From assembly GCA_965112155.1 (NCBI GenBank), contig OZ218109.1: a stretch of 64,000 nucleotides of DNA; one strand, given 5' to 3'. Under the pieces are notes generated by a model, which had not been told where the DNA came from, made no database searches, and saw nothing but the letters and a program-made list of their open reading frames with translations. A program made the position numbers and the translations under genes. This stretch comes from Podarcis liolepis. Lineage: Eukaryota. Every line of letters starts with the position of its first letter. Within the stretch, counting starts at the first letter, position 1. Shown here piece after piece: positions 24,341-37,381 of the stretch.

Positions 24341-26352
24341 TGGGAGATGCCAGGGATTGAACCCGGAACGTGGGCAAAGCAGATGTTCGCAACTGAGCTA
24401 TGGCTCTTTCCCACTGATGGTGGGCCAATGTTGTCCACCAAACCCGAGGACAGCAGGCTAGCTTAAAGTAGGATTGCCATATTTCAGAAAGTGAAAATCT
24501 GGACAGAAAGGTTGGCAGAATTGTTGAGATATTTTTCAGTTCTGCCCAAAGTTGCTGACCTTTTTTTTTTTTTTTTTTTTTTTGCAAAATCACAAAAAAT
24601 GAATGTTTTGGAGCTATTTCTGAGGAAACGCCATACAGGACATTTCCTTCTGCCGATTTCTGCCAGGACACTGCTTGTAGCTGCAGTATTCCGGATATGT
24701 CCAGACGTATGGCAACTCTAGCCTGAAGGTCACAAGGCTACCTGCTCCCGAGGAGAGCTGTAGCCACTCACTCTCTCTCTGCACCGTCCACCGCTTGCTG
24801 CCCCTGTGTCAGCCACCTCACTCTAGGCTGTTCTGTTTGTTAGGGGTAAGCTACAGTTCCATACCCATGGTATGAATGCAAGCTATGTGTAGGTATGGTA
24901 CTCTTATTTATGGAGTGTCATTGTGTTGAAACATCACATACTCATAGTTCTGTTTCATTTCAAAGCATGTTTTGAAATGGAAAAAAAGAAGTGTTTTGAA
25001 ATGGGGTGGGGGGACCTGACCTGAAACTTCTAGGACTGCATAAGGAGCAGGTTGGTTGCCTGTTTCTTGAGTTGACTTCAAGGCTCTCTTAGCTCCATTT
25101 GCAATTCCCCAGCATTACCAATAGGTGGCACTCTCAGTTTCGGTTACCAGGACTGACAAAATATTGCGTTTAAATGAAATGCTATGCAGTTCAGCTCAAT
25201 AACTGTAGCAGATTTTGAGTACTATTTGAAGAACCACATACTTAAAGTTTGGCATTTTACCTCTTAAGGTTGGTGTTTATGTGCTTTCTACTAGCAAACC
25301 GTGTTAGCAGAACACTTCATCAGGTAAGGAGATGGGTCTATCAAATCAGCCAGATTTGACAATTTGCTAATTTGGGGGGGGCGGGGGGCGGGGAGGCCAC
25401 TGGCTTTCATAAAACAATCTCTTTCACACAACTTTTAAAAGTGCACTTTCTACACTTTCACCCTTTAATTGCATAGATAATTTTCTTGCAGTTCCATGAT
25501 CCCAGAACATGTCTCATCCCTCTCTCGCATACCTGTTCTTCCTTTCACTTCAACCAGATGAACTATCAGGCAGAGTGAGGTGGCTGACACAGGGGCAGCA
25601 AGCGGTGGATGGTGCAGAGAGAGAGTGGCTACAGCTCTCCTCAGGAGAAGGTAGCCCTGTGACCTTCAGACTAGAGTTGGCATACGTCTGGACATATCCG
25701 GAATACTGCAGCTACAAGCAGTGTCCTTATGTATATTGATACCGTATCATTGTATTTGGTCATCGTGTTGCCTTGGATATTACTGACTTTTGTTTGCAAC
25801 ACAGGGCTTAAATTGTTTGGTTACAAGTAGTGTCCTGGCAGAAATCGGCAGAAGGAAATGTCCTGGAAAATCCAGACATATGGCGTTACCTCATAAATAG
25901 CTCCAAAATATTCATTTTTTGCGATTTTGCAAAAGAAAAGGCTCAGCAACTTTGGGCAGAACTAAAAAATATCTCAACAACTTTGCCAACTTTTCTGTCC
26001 GGATTTTCACTTTCTGAAATATGGCAACCCTACTTTAAGCTAGCCTGCTGTCCTCGGGTTTGGTGGACAACATTGTCTCCGCTCCTCCACATGCAGCTGC
26101 TGGGTGACCTTGGGCCAGTCACACTTCTGTGAAGTCTCTCAGCCCCACTCACCTCACAGAGTGTTTGTTGTGGGGGAGGAAGGGAAAGGAGAATGTTAGC
26201 CGCTTTGAGACTCCTGAAGGGGAGTGAAAGGCGGGATATCAAATCCAAACTCTTCTTCTTCTTCTTCTTCCCACCATCAGTGGGGAAAAGCCATAGCTCA
26301 GTTGCGAACATTCGCTTTGCCCATGCTCCGGGTTCAATCGCTGGTTCTCCCA
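24341..26352. repeat. Local inverted duplication: arm 1 24341-24824, arm 2 25572-26352
   Basis: The arms align as reverse complements over ~480 bp. The ORF track shows near-identical peptides (WQKSAEGNVL; QQLWAELKNIS.(I/T)LPTFLS.FSLSEIWQ.YFKLACCPRVWWTTL) on opposite strands. Confidence 0.92.
26076..26269 (+). mobile_element. 5'-truncated Squam3-like SINE with (CTT)n tail
   Basis: Reverse complement of the 22326-22505 copy; ends aatccaaact(ctt)n; absent from the other arm of the inverted duplication. Confidence 0.8.
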
Positions 26353-26450
26353 AGCAGGGTTGGGAGGGTCCTCTGCCTGAAACCCTGGAGTGCTGCTACC
26401 AGTCAGTGTAGACAATACCGAACTATATGGACCAATGGTCTTACTAAATC
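26282..26450 (+). mobile_element. tRNA-derived SINE (family also at 38499-38650 and 46078-46263)
   Basis: Head atagctcagtt...gggttcaatc and body ctgcctgaaaccctggag..ctgct.ccagtcagtgt.gaca shared with the other copies. Confidence 0.7.
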
Positions 26451-28821
26451 AGCTCCTTGTTTTCAGCATTGAAGTAAGATTAGCTGTCATTCTGGTCAGC
26501 TTCTGTGTGTGGAATGAGGAAAGGGATGCCATCTTGTTCTTTGCCTCAAGCAGCCAAACATCAGCCTGTACGCCCTGAGGGAATATTTTTTCCTGAGTTA
26601 CTGTAAACCCCTCCGTACAAGTAGAGTTGGGTGTGTGTGAAAGTTATCTCTCATTGGAACAAGTAGACCTTGGCAACTTTTGAATCCAAGTGGTTCTTCT
26701 TTAGGCATTGATCTACCAAACATGGGGGTTACATAGGTACATCCTTGCACACTAGACCGGCGCAACCTCATACTTTGGCCTTGATCTGTGTGGTACACTT
26801 GCCAAGTGGACTTGCCACCGTTAGGCCACATAATGCCCAATTCATCAGGTGAAAGAGTTCATTAAATATCACCAGTGCTTTATATGGGAAGAGAAGTATG
26901 AATGAAAACCAAAGCAAAGAGGAAAGCCAAACAAACCGCAGGAAATGAGGGAAAGATGGCAAGCAGAAGGCAGTATGTCAAAGAGATGGAATACCATGCA
27001 ACACCAGGAAACTAGTGCCATACATCAATGACATCAGCCGGCAACTGTCTCCAGCGCAGCAGCCCTCAACCGAGCCCTTAACAGACTCCTCTCTTCTTTA
27101 CTGGGATCAGAGCGTTCGCTCGCAAAGCCCTCTCAGAACAAAGTTGAAATATCAAGAAGGAAGTATTGATTTCAGAGTCTCGGCAATTTGGACTTTGTGA
27201 GGCATGAAGGAGAAAGATGCCTAGTTCCTTTCCCCAAAGGGCACTTGAGTGGCTGGGGGAAAGGCAGCATGGTCTAGTCAATGAGAGTCCTGATGGCGGT
27301 AGAGAGAGGCCTAGAGATTTCGGCCCCGCGAACGGAGGTTCTTCACACCTGCCATACGGGATTTATTTTATTTTTACTTTTAATATCGCTTTCTCACATA
27401 AATGTGCCGAAAACATTCCACAACAGCAAAAAAAGCGTATTAACGCATCATAACAGGAAAGATTCTTGGTCTGAAATTCTGGAGAAACTGTGTATTAAAA
27501 ATAAAGCTAAAGAATGCAGCTTTTTTTGTTAGCTAGATGTTATCTTCAAACTAAGCCGTTCTCACCATTCTGTTAGCATTGTTCTGTTAAATCTAATTAT
27601 GGTCCTCCAGTCTATCTTTAAAAATTATTTGTTGATGTGATGAGGAAAGTATTTACTCCTTTGAGACTTCAGGCTATCCCCACAGTATATTTAGAGGGGA
27701 GATACTCTGGAATACCTGCAAGTTATAACTCTGGACAGAGAAATGTGGGAGATATTGTTCACTATGCAGTGTATTGTTTCATGCCTATTTCCTCTGGGGA
27801 TAGGTTTCTGGAAGAGATTCTTGAGACGGTTTCATTTTTTAAAAAATAGTGAGAAGATTTTGTTACTTACTGGATGATGGTTGGTACATCTGTATGTTTG
27901 TGGTGACCAATGGCTTGTAGCAAATTAATCTGACTGAATCTGCTGTGAGGCTAATAGCATTATCTCTGTAATAACCAATCTGGCTAGCAACAAGAGGGAA
28001 ATAAGTACATATTTAAGGATTGCATCACTAATGACAGAATGCTTATAAAACTGATTCATTGCTCTTTTCAGTCAGTAATAGCATTACACGGTTTACAATG
28101 CCCCCCTAACCTCAATATTTGGAAGCATTTACAGATCTTGTCTCTGTTTTAAAGTTTTCCTTAACAGCGAATCCCAAGGAAACACGATCTCGTTTTGAAA
28201 CATGCTCTATCTGACATCTGAATCCACTCAGATAATAATGTTTCTTGGTAATTCGTTATCTCATCTGATTACAAAATCTCCATCTTCTTTTAGTCTTTAA
28301 CTCCTTGTTGCACTCATCTTTTTTTCTCTCCTATAATTTTACATTATCTTTCTGTACTCCCTTCATTCATCCCAACAGGGGTTGTGCAGGTGGATTCATC
28401 ATGAACTTTGATTTTGGGTCTATTGCAATAGGTTTGACCTCCCTTCCGAAACTTCAGCTTCAACCCTTTCCATTTATACATGACCTCAGCACACACAGCT
28501 GATATTTGAGTATGGATTGCTTTCTGCTAACCTCTTGCAGATTCTGAAGAAGCAGCTGCTTGTTGTCATATTCCCCCCCCCCCGCCTGGAGAGAGGACGA
28601 AGCATGGCTGGACCAGAGTTAGGAGCCAGCTCTCTAGCTAAGAGCAGCTGATTTACGTTTCAGAAGTTTAGGGTAAGGAGCCTTAATTAAAAACACAAAG
28701 CCTTGCATTCTGTATCCCATGCTGAATGTTAAACAAGCTCTGAAAATAGAAACAGGAGTTAACCTTGTTTTCATTAACAACTTTTTTTCCTCCAGATTCT
28801 GATCTAAGGAATGGAATATGG

Positions 28822-28825
<4 letters not shown>

Positions 28826-28872
<47 letters not shown>
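28826..28872. repeat. (TG)n microsatellite
   Basis: Visible directly in the sequence. Confidence 0.95.
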
Positions 28873-28876
<4 letters not shown>

Positions 28877-31800
28877 AAGAATGAGATATTTTACATGTGA
28901 TTCTTTGGTAGACCTCACTACATTAAAGGCATGGATGGTGCTGCCTTGGTGCCAAGATCTCCTGCTCTTCTCTCGGTGTCTTTGGCAGGGCTTTCCCCAC
29001 AGAGTACATCCCCACCCCACCCCAAACAGCCTTGCTTTCCAGAAGTTGGATTTTTCTTTTCATTTCTTAGTTTTTCCAGCCAGGCAGTGAGATGGTTCAA
29101 TTTAATTTGTTCCCCGTCTGTACAGCTTGTCTACCAAGTGTGGCAGCAGGGTTGTATTTCCCAATTCAGTCTCAGAGATGCAATCTAGGTGGCAGAATTT
29201 ATTTCTTTTGAAACCATGAATAGAGAGACAAAGGCTGCCAGTACATAGAGCTCTGTCTTGGCTTTTATAATGAGGAGACAGTATAGTTTAAGAAGGTAAC
29301 AATTGCCCAATTGGCTCAGTCCAAAGATTGTTCCAGCACAGCACCCTTGCTTTGGCAGAAGCAAGCAACCAAGATACCCCACAGATGCTCACAATTTGTG
29401 CAAGATGCTGATAGCCATTCCTTGTTCCTTGTCTCCAGCATTTGGTAATCAGAGATACTGCACCTGCTTCTGGAGGTTCCATTCTTGCCTGTTACGTTTC
29501 ATAGTTATTGATATATTCACTATGAATCTGTCTGATCACAACAAAATTTCACATGAGACAGGATGATCAACTGTGCACCACACAAGGAAGTACTACAGCC
29601 ATAAACCAGCTCTTTGGCCGAGTTCATTCTAGTACTATTCCTGTGGTTTCAGCAGAAGCGATCGGTTTTAACCAACAAGGTAGGGAGGTGCAGGTCTCAG
29701 GTTCAAAAATAAACCCACTGTTGTTTTTAAATGAAGGGCACTTTGTGGTCCCTGAGACCACATTTTTGTCCCTGAGAAACCACCCAGTTCATTGACTTAA
29801 AAATATGGCAGAACAAAAGAGAACATTTTTTTGTGGTGGCCTTAAGCAACTTGCGTGCATCCTCAGGGTAAACCCACTGTTCAGAGTTGGATGCTGTTGC
29901 AACAAATATGGCTGGCCGTTTGGTGCCTTGGTGGTCAAGGAGGCAACTGTCCATACAGTGTTGTTGTGGATCGCACCCTAGATGAAATACATTATAGAAA
30001 TGGAGAGCAGAATAACGTAACTCCTTTTACGACGGAGTATCAATGGCTACTGGCTGTGATGGTTGTGTTCCATCTCCGCTGCCAGAGGCATTATGCTAGT
30101 TGCTGGGAATCCCAGGTGGGCAGAGTGCTGCTGTTCTCAGGACCTGCTGACAAGTGTCCCACAGACATCTGGTTGGCCTCTGTGAGAACAGAAGTGCTGG
30201 ACCTGATGGGTCACTGGCTTGATTCAGGATGTCCTCATGTTCTTCGGAAAACAGTCGTCACACGAAAAGGCAATAAACTTTGGCATTTGGAAAAGAAATC
30301 CATCATTTCCCACAAGGGAAATGGATCTGTGTGGCTAATGTGTTGACTCATATCCTATCCCTTGCCCTCTTGTACCCTGATAGATGTGTCTGGTGCACAT
30401 GGGGATGTGCACCCCCAGCCACGGCCACTGCCGCATGCAACAAAGTGCAACTAGATTGAACTGGAACTGGTGTCTGCTGAGAAAGTATTCAAGGAGAGTG
30501 TTCCCAAGATGTCTAACACCAGGCTTTCAAAGCGGCTGCTAACAAAGTCAGCGTTAGCGTGTTCCGTAGCATCTATCAGTGGCAAGTTAGACACCTTGTT
30601 TAGCTAATGCCACATTCCGATCGTGCTTCTATCTGTATGTGTTATTTGCCCTTCACTTTGAGCCATGGCCTCAAGCTATAGCCTGTATTTGGCACTCTTG
30701 TATCTGACAAGAGTCCTAATGATCTTCTGTCCTGGACCTCACTTTCCTAACTTCTGCTTACTTCAGCACATTTGTAAGGTTATAGAACATAGCGTTGAAA
30801 TACCTGACTACTGCCAACAAGCCCTAAGGTATTAATTAGGATTGAAAGTAATAATAGACCAATAACTGAGATATTGGCAGAGGAGAGACTGTGTGGGAAG
30901 AAGAGGCAAATGTACATTATGTACCTTGTTAAATATATTACAGTCAACTTGTGCATGGTGGGGTTTTTTTTTTGAATGCGGCATTTGTCCTAAATAAGCC
31001 CTTAAAAAGCCAGTTATTGTTTAATGTAATATTTCTCTCTTCGCAACATTTATAGAGTCAGCCTTAAAGAGTTTCATCTCATTTAAGAAAAAAATCAGGA
31101 TTAAAAAGTCCAGACTGTGGGCTGGACCTTGATGAAGTTAGGTGCACTTAATTTCCATTCAGATGGATGGGACATTTTGGTCATGATTAAATCCCATCGA
31201 TTTCAATGGGTACTAAATACAACCAACTTAGTTCAGCCTTATATGGTTTGGCATGGGAAATGTTAAACATTTACTAAGTCGCTGGGCACTGTCCAGAGGA
31301 GGTTCTCTTCTGTTGACAGAGAATAAATCTGCAATTCTAAATTTAGGCCATATGTAAGTTCCATTGAATTCAATAGCGCCTACTCCCAGGTAAGTGGCAT
31401 TAGGATTGTGGTGCAATGCCATGAATCAGTGTATTCAGAAGTGAAACCCCATTGCGTCCAGTATATAGGGTTGAAACCTAAATCTCACTGAACTCAGCAG
31501 CACGTATTTCTGAACATGCATGCTTTAAGATAGTGCTATAAGTTCTGCAACTGGGAAAACTCAGCTTTAAGCCAAAGGAGCATTTCTATACACATACTCT
31601 CTCTCTCTATATATATATATGGTTGCACAATTTATCAGAAGCACCTACTGGCATGTGTTGATGCCATCACTAGCAAAGAACACACACAATTCCGTTTCCC
31701 ACTTCCCAGCCTGGCACTACTTTGTGCCATTTTTAGAAGATTTTTTTTTTAATTCTTTTTATTTTTAGAAGATTTTTTTAAAATTCTTTTATCTTTAATC

Positions 31801-34099
31801 AAAATGTACACTAACAATACTATGTAAATATAAATGGTACTGAATAAATATTTGAGATCATGTTGTTCTCCACTGAGTATACATTCTATGTCACACTGAA
31901 ACATTTCCCTCTTTTTTCAGGACAGAGCAAAGTTGGCATAGATGGCTTGGTTAACCTGCTCCAGCCATGTGTTTATTTTACATTTAAACACCAACAACCA
32001 CCTGCTTTTCAATATTAACTTGCAATCTTATTTACAATACTTAAAACATAAAACAACACCAAATCCAATAAAACAACAGAATAAATGAGGCAAAACCAGT
32101 CAGCAACAATTTATCAAATCATGTCTTCCAAAGCATAGCAACACAATCCTATCCTATATTTACTCAGATGTAAACCACAAAGAATTCTGTGGTGCTTATT
32201 CTTGGTTAAGCTGAGTATACAACTGCAGTTTCAATTAATCATATAAGTGATTCCCCCCCCCTAAGTTTCTGCAAAACTGCTACTGCTGCTGGTGTTGGGG
32301 CCATTTTCCAAGATTGCAGACTACTAAGAAAGCTGCATGTGTTAATTAGCTTACTAGGGTTTTCTGGGCTGTTGATGACTTTTTTTGGGTAAATGGTCAC
32401 AGATAATAATGTAATTATCACTATCTGTACTTTTCTGCATTTCATCTTCTTTTGACTCCACTGTTTATGACACCCAAACATACATGCCCAGCTCCTGCTA
32501 CTCAGCACAACGCTTCATCTTTTGTTGTTAAAGTATCCAGGCACAGGCTTCAGCAGAATTAGTGCATCTGTGTGGCCTCAGCACAGACCATACCCTGGGG
32601 CAATATTTCTTATCTTGATGAGGGCAGGAACATATGTGTGCAGTGCTCCTTTGGAGCAACACTGAATTGTATGTAAGCTTAGAATTTAAAGTGGGTGTGA
32701 GGCAGTAACTGTGCCTTTGAAATCCACTTGCTGCCCGATCCTGTGGAGCACACGCAAGTCTACACAGAACTGCAACCTGTTCTCTACCTTGCTTTGTTAG
32801 GTGGTATGAAGCATGGTGAAATTGTTCTTCAGGTGATAAATGGTTTATTAGCATTTAATTTAGTGTTGATGCAGAGAATGGTCATCCATTGCTTGGGACT
32901 AACAAATACTTCTAATAAACAGAAACTTTAAAAGCACATTTTGAAATATGTTTAGCATATTTGTGCAGTTAGGCTCTTCTCTCTTCCCCCAATGCCCTTT
33001 TGTGTACCCCCCCCCTTTTGAACCTCAAGTAATTCCTGGTAAGAGGAAGAAACTGCTATATATTGCACATGGATAATAGGCTATGTTGCTGCCTAAAACA
33101 ATCGTAGCTCAAAATACACATGGACTTGCTGGATTCATTTAGAAGTCTGCCCTTTCCTGGGTGTTCTCTGGGCAGGTTACAAATCATAAAAACGAAATAA
33201 AACAGTAGAGCGTAACAGCAGCATCTAAAACCCTTTAAAATACAAGCCAGCATTGACTTAACAAAACATTCCTGCTTCAGGCACAAACACAACAGCAGCA
33301 ATACAGGATATGACTGACATATCGCTTACAAGAGATTAAATCCCTTCCAAGGACTTGTCAAAAAGTCTTCAGCTGCCAATGGAAAAGCATCAGTTTCAGG
33401 CACACCTGCAGGGATGTAGATTGATCTTTGTAGCACAAATAGATACAATTCATTATGGTTTACGAAAAAAGAAGTTGTGTATCGAGTTATGTATCAAGAA
33501 GTGATTGGCTAATGGGAAAGCAAAAGAGCAAAAGAGGAAGAAAAGTGCAGAATCGTGTTTATTCTTTTAAGACTTGGGAGTCACCTGCACAGAAGCAGCC
33601 ATAATTTTCCCAAGCATCTAGAAGTGATTTTCTCTTTCTCCAGCTTCTTCCAAGGAAGCGACAAGACCACGCAGGCTGTGGACCCTATGCAAACATTTAA
33701 CCAGGAGCAAGTCTCATTGAGCATCCTGGCACTCACTTCTGAACATGTTTAGGATGGTGCTGTTGGTGACAAGGGCTTCTCTCTGGCAACGCCATCCCCA
33801 TCCAGATACTGCATGTGTTTATTCAGAGCTTAGTCCCAGCATATCCAATGGGGCTTCTTACACAAATGTGGAGACCTGGGATAGTCACTTTACAAACCAA
33901 AGCATGTTTACTCAGAAATAAATCCGGGTGAGCACAATGGATTTAGACTGCAATTCTATACATGGGGCATTTAACTTACTTCTCACTGGATCTGCAACCT
34001 CTGAGATGTCTCCAGGCTACTTCCAGCCCTCTGGTTTTCCTAGAAGACAAGGCTGACCTTAACTTGCTTCTTACGCCCCGGGTTCTTCTTAGGGCCTTC

Positions 34100-37000
34100 A
34101 GGTGCATCTTGCCCTCCACTAAGCAGGAGCAGACGAAGGCAGGCCGAGCCTGGGCCCGCTCCTCCCCCCCCCCCTCGCCGTCCCCTTGACAGACACCGCC
34201 GCGGGCTTTCCAAGCCGGAGCTGCCCGGGAAGCTGGATACGGCAGGGGGAGGATGTTCGAGGGCTGAGCTGGCCAGAGGGGAAACATGAGAAGGCGCGGC
34301 TATTCACGTTCCGGGGCCCGGCAGCTCCTGCCTGGGCAATAAAGGCGAGCGGCGGCCGCGGTCAGAGCTTGTGGTTCAGGAGCTCTCAGGGGCTGCTGCG
34401 CGCGCTGACAACGGGCGGCGGGAGCGGGGATGGGAGAAGGAGAGGCCGGGCAAGCGAGGAAGCGAGGAAAGCGGCAGCCCGCAGCCACCTCACCAGCAGC
34501 AGCAGCAGCGACCCTCAGCCGCAGGCGCCAGGTACGGCCACGGGACCCTGGCATGGGGGGAAGGTGCGCGCGCGTCGTTTGTCTGACTGAACCCGACCAA
34601 ACCAAAGGACGCCGGAGGCCGGGGGGTGGTGGTTTGACCTCTCCACCTTCCCACACTCGCTCGCGCAAGGCCAACCACCACCGCCACTGCCCCGGATACA
34701 GAGTCGTGCCCTCCTGCCCCCGCTCCTTGGTCGCACTCCCTTCTACTCCCCTGCGTTTTGGGTCCTTAGTGGTTTTGCCCCTTTGTAAAAAGCGCCGCCG
34801 CGAGAGGGCAGCGTGCAGTTGCCCCGCGCAGGGGGGGGGGGGCGGAGAGGGCTAAGCGCTGTAGGCGCTGAGGAGCCCAGAGGGAACGCGCGCCCGCCCG
34901 CGTAACTGCGGCTCGCGACGCCTATGCTGGGCACGCGCGAAGGTAACTAGGGCGTTTTAAACTGGGTTGAAATGGCATAATTCGGCGGGAAGGAGGAGGT
35001 GCGGCCACTTAAAGCGATTTGAAAAGAGAGAGGGACTCTCTCGGTGTGTGTTTTAAGCAGCTCCGGAATGGTTTTGGTTTTCGTGTGGAGCCCGTTCGAG
35101 CGCGCTGGCGTTCCCAGACGCGCATCCTTCTCATTGGATACCTGCGGGGTGTCTTGTGAAAAGCGATCCATGGCATTCCGGGCGAGTCCGCTTTGCGCCG
35201 CCCTGGGTTTGCGGGGCCTCTGCGACCCAAGAGAGGCGCTCGCTTGTTTGTCCCCCTTCGTGGCGCGGGCGGCGCTGCGTGGACGGTCGCCTGCTGTCCT
35301 GCGGCGCCGGAGGAGCGGGTGTGACCGGCCTGCCGATGGCGCCCCAGAGGCTTCTGCGGAGCGACGACTTTTGCGGGAAGCAGGTCTCGCTGCGGCATCC
35401 CGGGGTCGTGGCGCTCTGCTCCTTTCCGAGTCCCCGGGAATCTGGGGCATTGGAGTTCGAGTTGTGCGCGCGCGTGGGTTTGCAAAAGCCATAAATTAGG
35501 ATACGCGTTGTAGGCACCGACGTGCTGTGTGTTAACGAGGAATTAGAGACGTCTGGCTGCTGCTGCTGACGCTGGTTCAAGGACCTGCTCCGCTCTCCCT
35601 TCCCGCCGCTTTTGGTTCCTATGTTTTTGTAAGAGCTCATTGAGACGCAGTGTAGTGACTGCTTTCCATCACTCTCCTTTCCTATTATCAGCGTGGTTGA
35701 AATAGATTTCTTCCAACATCATCTGTCCAAAGAGTGGGGATTCTCCCTTTTGACAACTGTGGTCCTTGCCTCGGATTCATACGTGGTCTCTGTCTACACG
35801 GCTTGTAACGTGGGAGCCCCCCCCCTCCTGAGCTAAACCTAAGCGACGGTGGTGTTGGACGGGGAGGGGCAGGGCGAGGCTTTTTCCTCGCAAAACAAGG
35901 AGGGGAAAAGGGACCACCTTCCTACAAACGTTAGCAAGGAGCCATCCTAAAGGGACAATTTCTGCGGTTGGGTGGGATCCAAAAAGGCGGGCAGAAAACC
36001 CCGCGGAGCAGGATAAAGAGGCGCTTGTAGTGGGCACGCATTCCTGTACACAAAGTCACACGCTCATAGACACGCGTGTCCAGGGGGAGAGTTGGTCCTC
36101 AACACGCGCGGACTTGGACTGGAGCCCTGGCGAATCCGGCGGCGCGCGCGTGTGTTCTTAGGATCTCGGCCCTGCTCGTTTTTCATGCGCACTAGTCAAA
36201 CAAGAGTCTGAACGACATCCTTGCAAATATTGACAGTGGCCCGTCGAGTTAATTTCTCTGGTTACTCGGACGTTTTCGGCCAAGGAAAAGCGGCCGCGCG
36301 CTGGCTGCTTGGAGGAGAAAGTGGTACTTTCTCTCTCGGGGGATGGGGGGGGGGAGGGGGCGGGAGCAGCCCGAGGAAGAAAAGGGCCCCGATCTTGTTT
36401 TTAAAACCACACGGAAGGCGAACCCCCCTCCCGGATGAGGAGCCGTTGCTCGTGCTGCAGCGGATGGCTCCGATCCCGCCGGGCTGCGAGGTGGGAAGAA
36501 AACCCTCGGCCTAGAGGGAAAGGGAGACGCCGGGGCCAGAGCTGGGCGGCGGGCGGCCGCATCCTGCGCAAGAATCAGACAGCCTGCGGCGTGGATTGTG
36601 CCTGGACACAATGGTCGAGGTGTGTCAGGGTGCTATGGACGCCGGCTTGAGACGGGAAGGGAGAGGCGGACGGTCCCCTCTCCAAGTGTAAGCCAGTAGA
36701 GGAGATCTGGGAGCCACCCAAATACACCGCCGCGAGAAGGGATGCTTTGGCCCCGGGGGGACGGACTGAGGAGCGAAGCAAAGAGACGCCCCTTCGGGTG
36801 GCTGCCGGTCCGGTTCTCAGGAAGATGCCCGCCAACCATCATCTTCAACTCCTGGTCACTGCGCTCTCTCCCGTTTCGGTCTCCACAGCCACCGCAGGCG
36901 CTGTAACTCTCCAAGGGTTTGACACCCCCCCCCCCAAGGCGCACTGCAGACAGACGGATGCCAACAGCTACAATTGTGTGTACACTATATGGTTATTACA

Positions 37001-37350
37001 CTGTTTTATCCCCCTCCTTCACGTCCCAAGAGCGGGTATCTGTTGGCCCATTTTGACAGGTCCAGTATCTTCCTCGTCTGCACTTGAGAGGGTTGTGCGC
37101 ACGCCTCCATTCCTATATTTCCTTTCACTTTTGTGCGCTATCCCCCCGTTCAGTTTGATGGCCTTCCATCAGACGGGTCCCTGAAATCTAGAGGATGCTC
37201 ATTTAAAGCACAAGTTGAACTGGGAGCCCGCTCTTTAAGATGTGGAAGGTGTTTTTTAAGCGTTGGCTCTGTGCGCGCACACGCGTGAAGGGTCTCAATG
37301 CATTGCAGCCTGGGTCATATGACGGAGGTTTTCGGGTCGTCCGCTGGTCT
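34100..37350. promoter_or_regulatory. CpG island / MKX promoter region
   Basis: Abrupt rise in GC and CpG density relative to CpG-depleted flanks, upstream of the MKX coding exons. Boundaries are approximate. Confidence 0.8.
34365..34531 (+). other. MKX: Inferred MKX non-coding first exon
   Basis: TATA-like AATAAA at 34338-34343, Inr-like TCAGAG ~27 nt downstream, and donor CCAG|GTACGG at 34531/2. The exon containing the ATG has an acceptor, so an upstream exon is required. A second candidate donor is GAAG|GTAACT at 34942/3. Confidence 0.45.
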
Positions 37351-37381
37351 AAAGCTCCGGCACCTCGCAGTTCCTCTAAAC

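Noticed and set aside
24252-26411. Paired similar ORFs (139 aa minus, 100 aa plus) suggesting duplicated small genes
   Set aside because: The similarity is explained by the inverted duplication of MITE/SINE sequence, and the frames are not preserved between arms.
33960-37200. Many overlapping 100-180 aa ORFs on both strands
   Set aside because: They result from stop-codon scarcity in a GC-rich CpG island; the peptides are low-complexity Arg/Ala/Pro/Gly with no recognisable domain.
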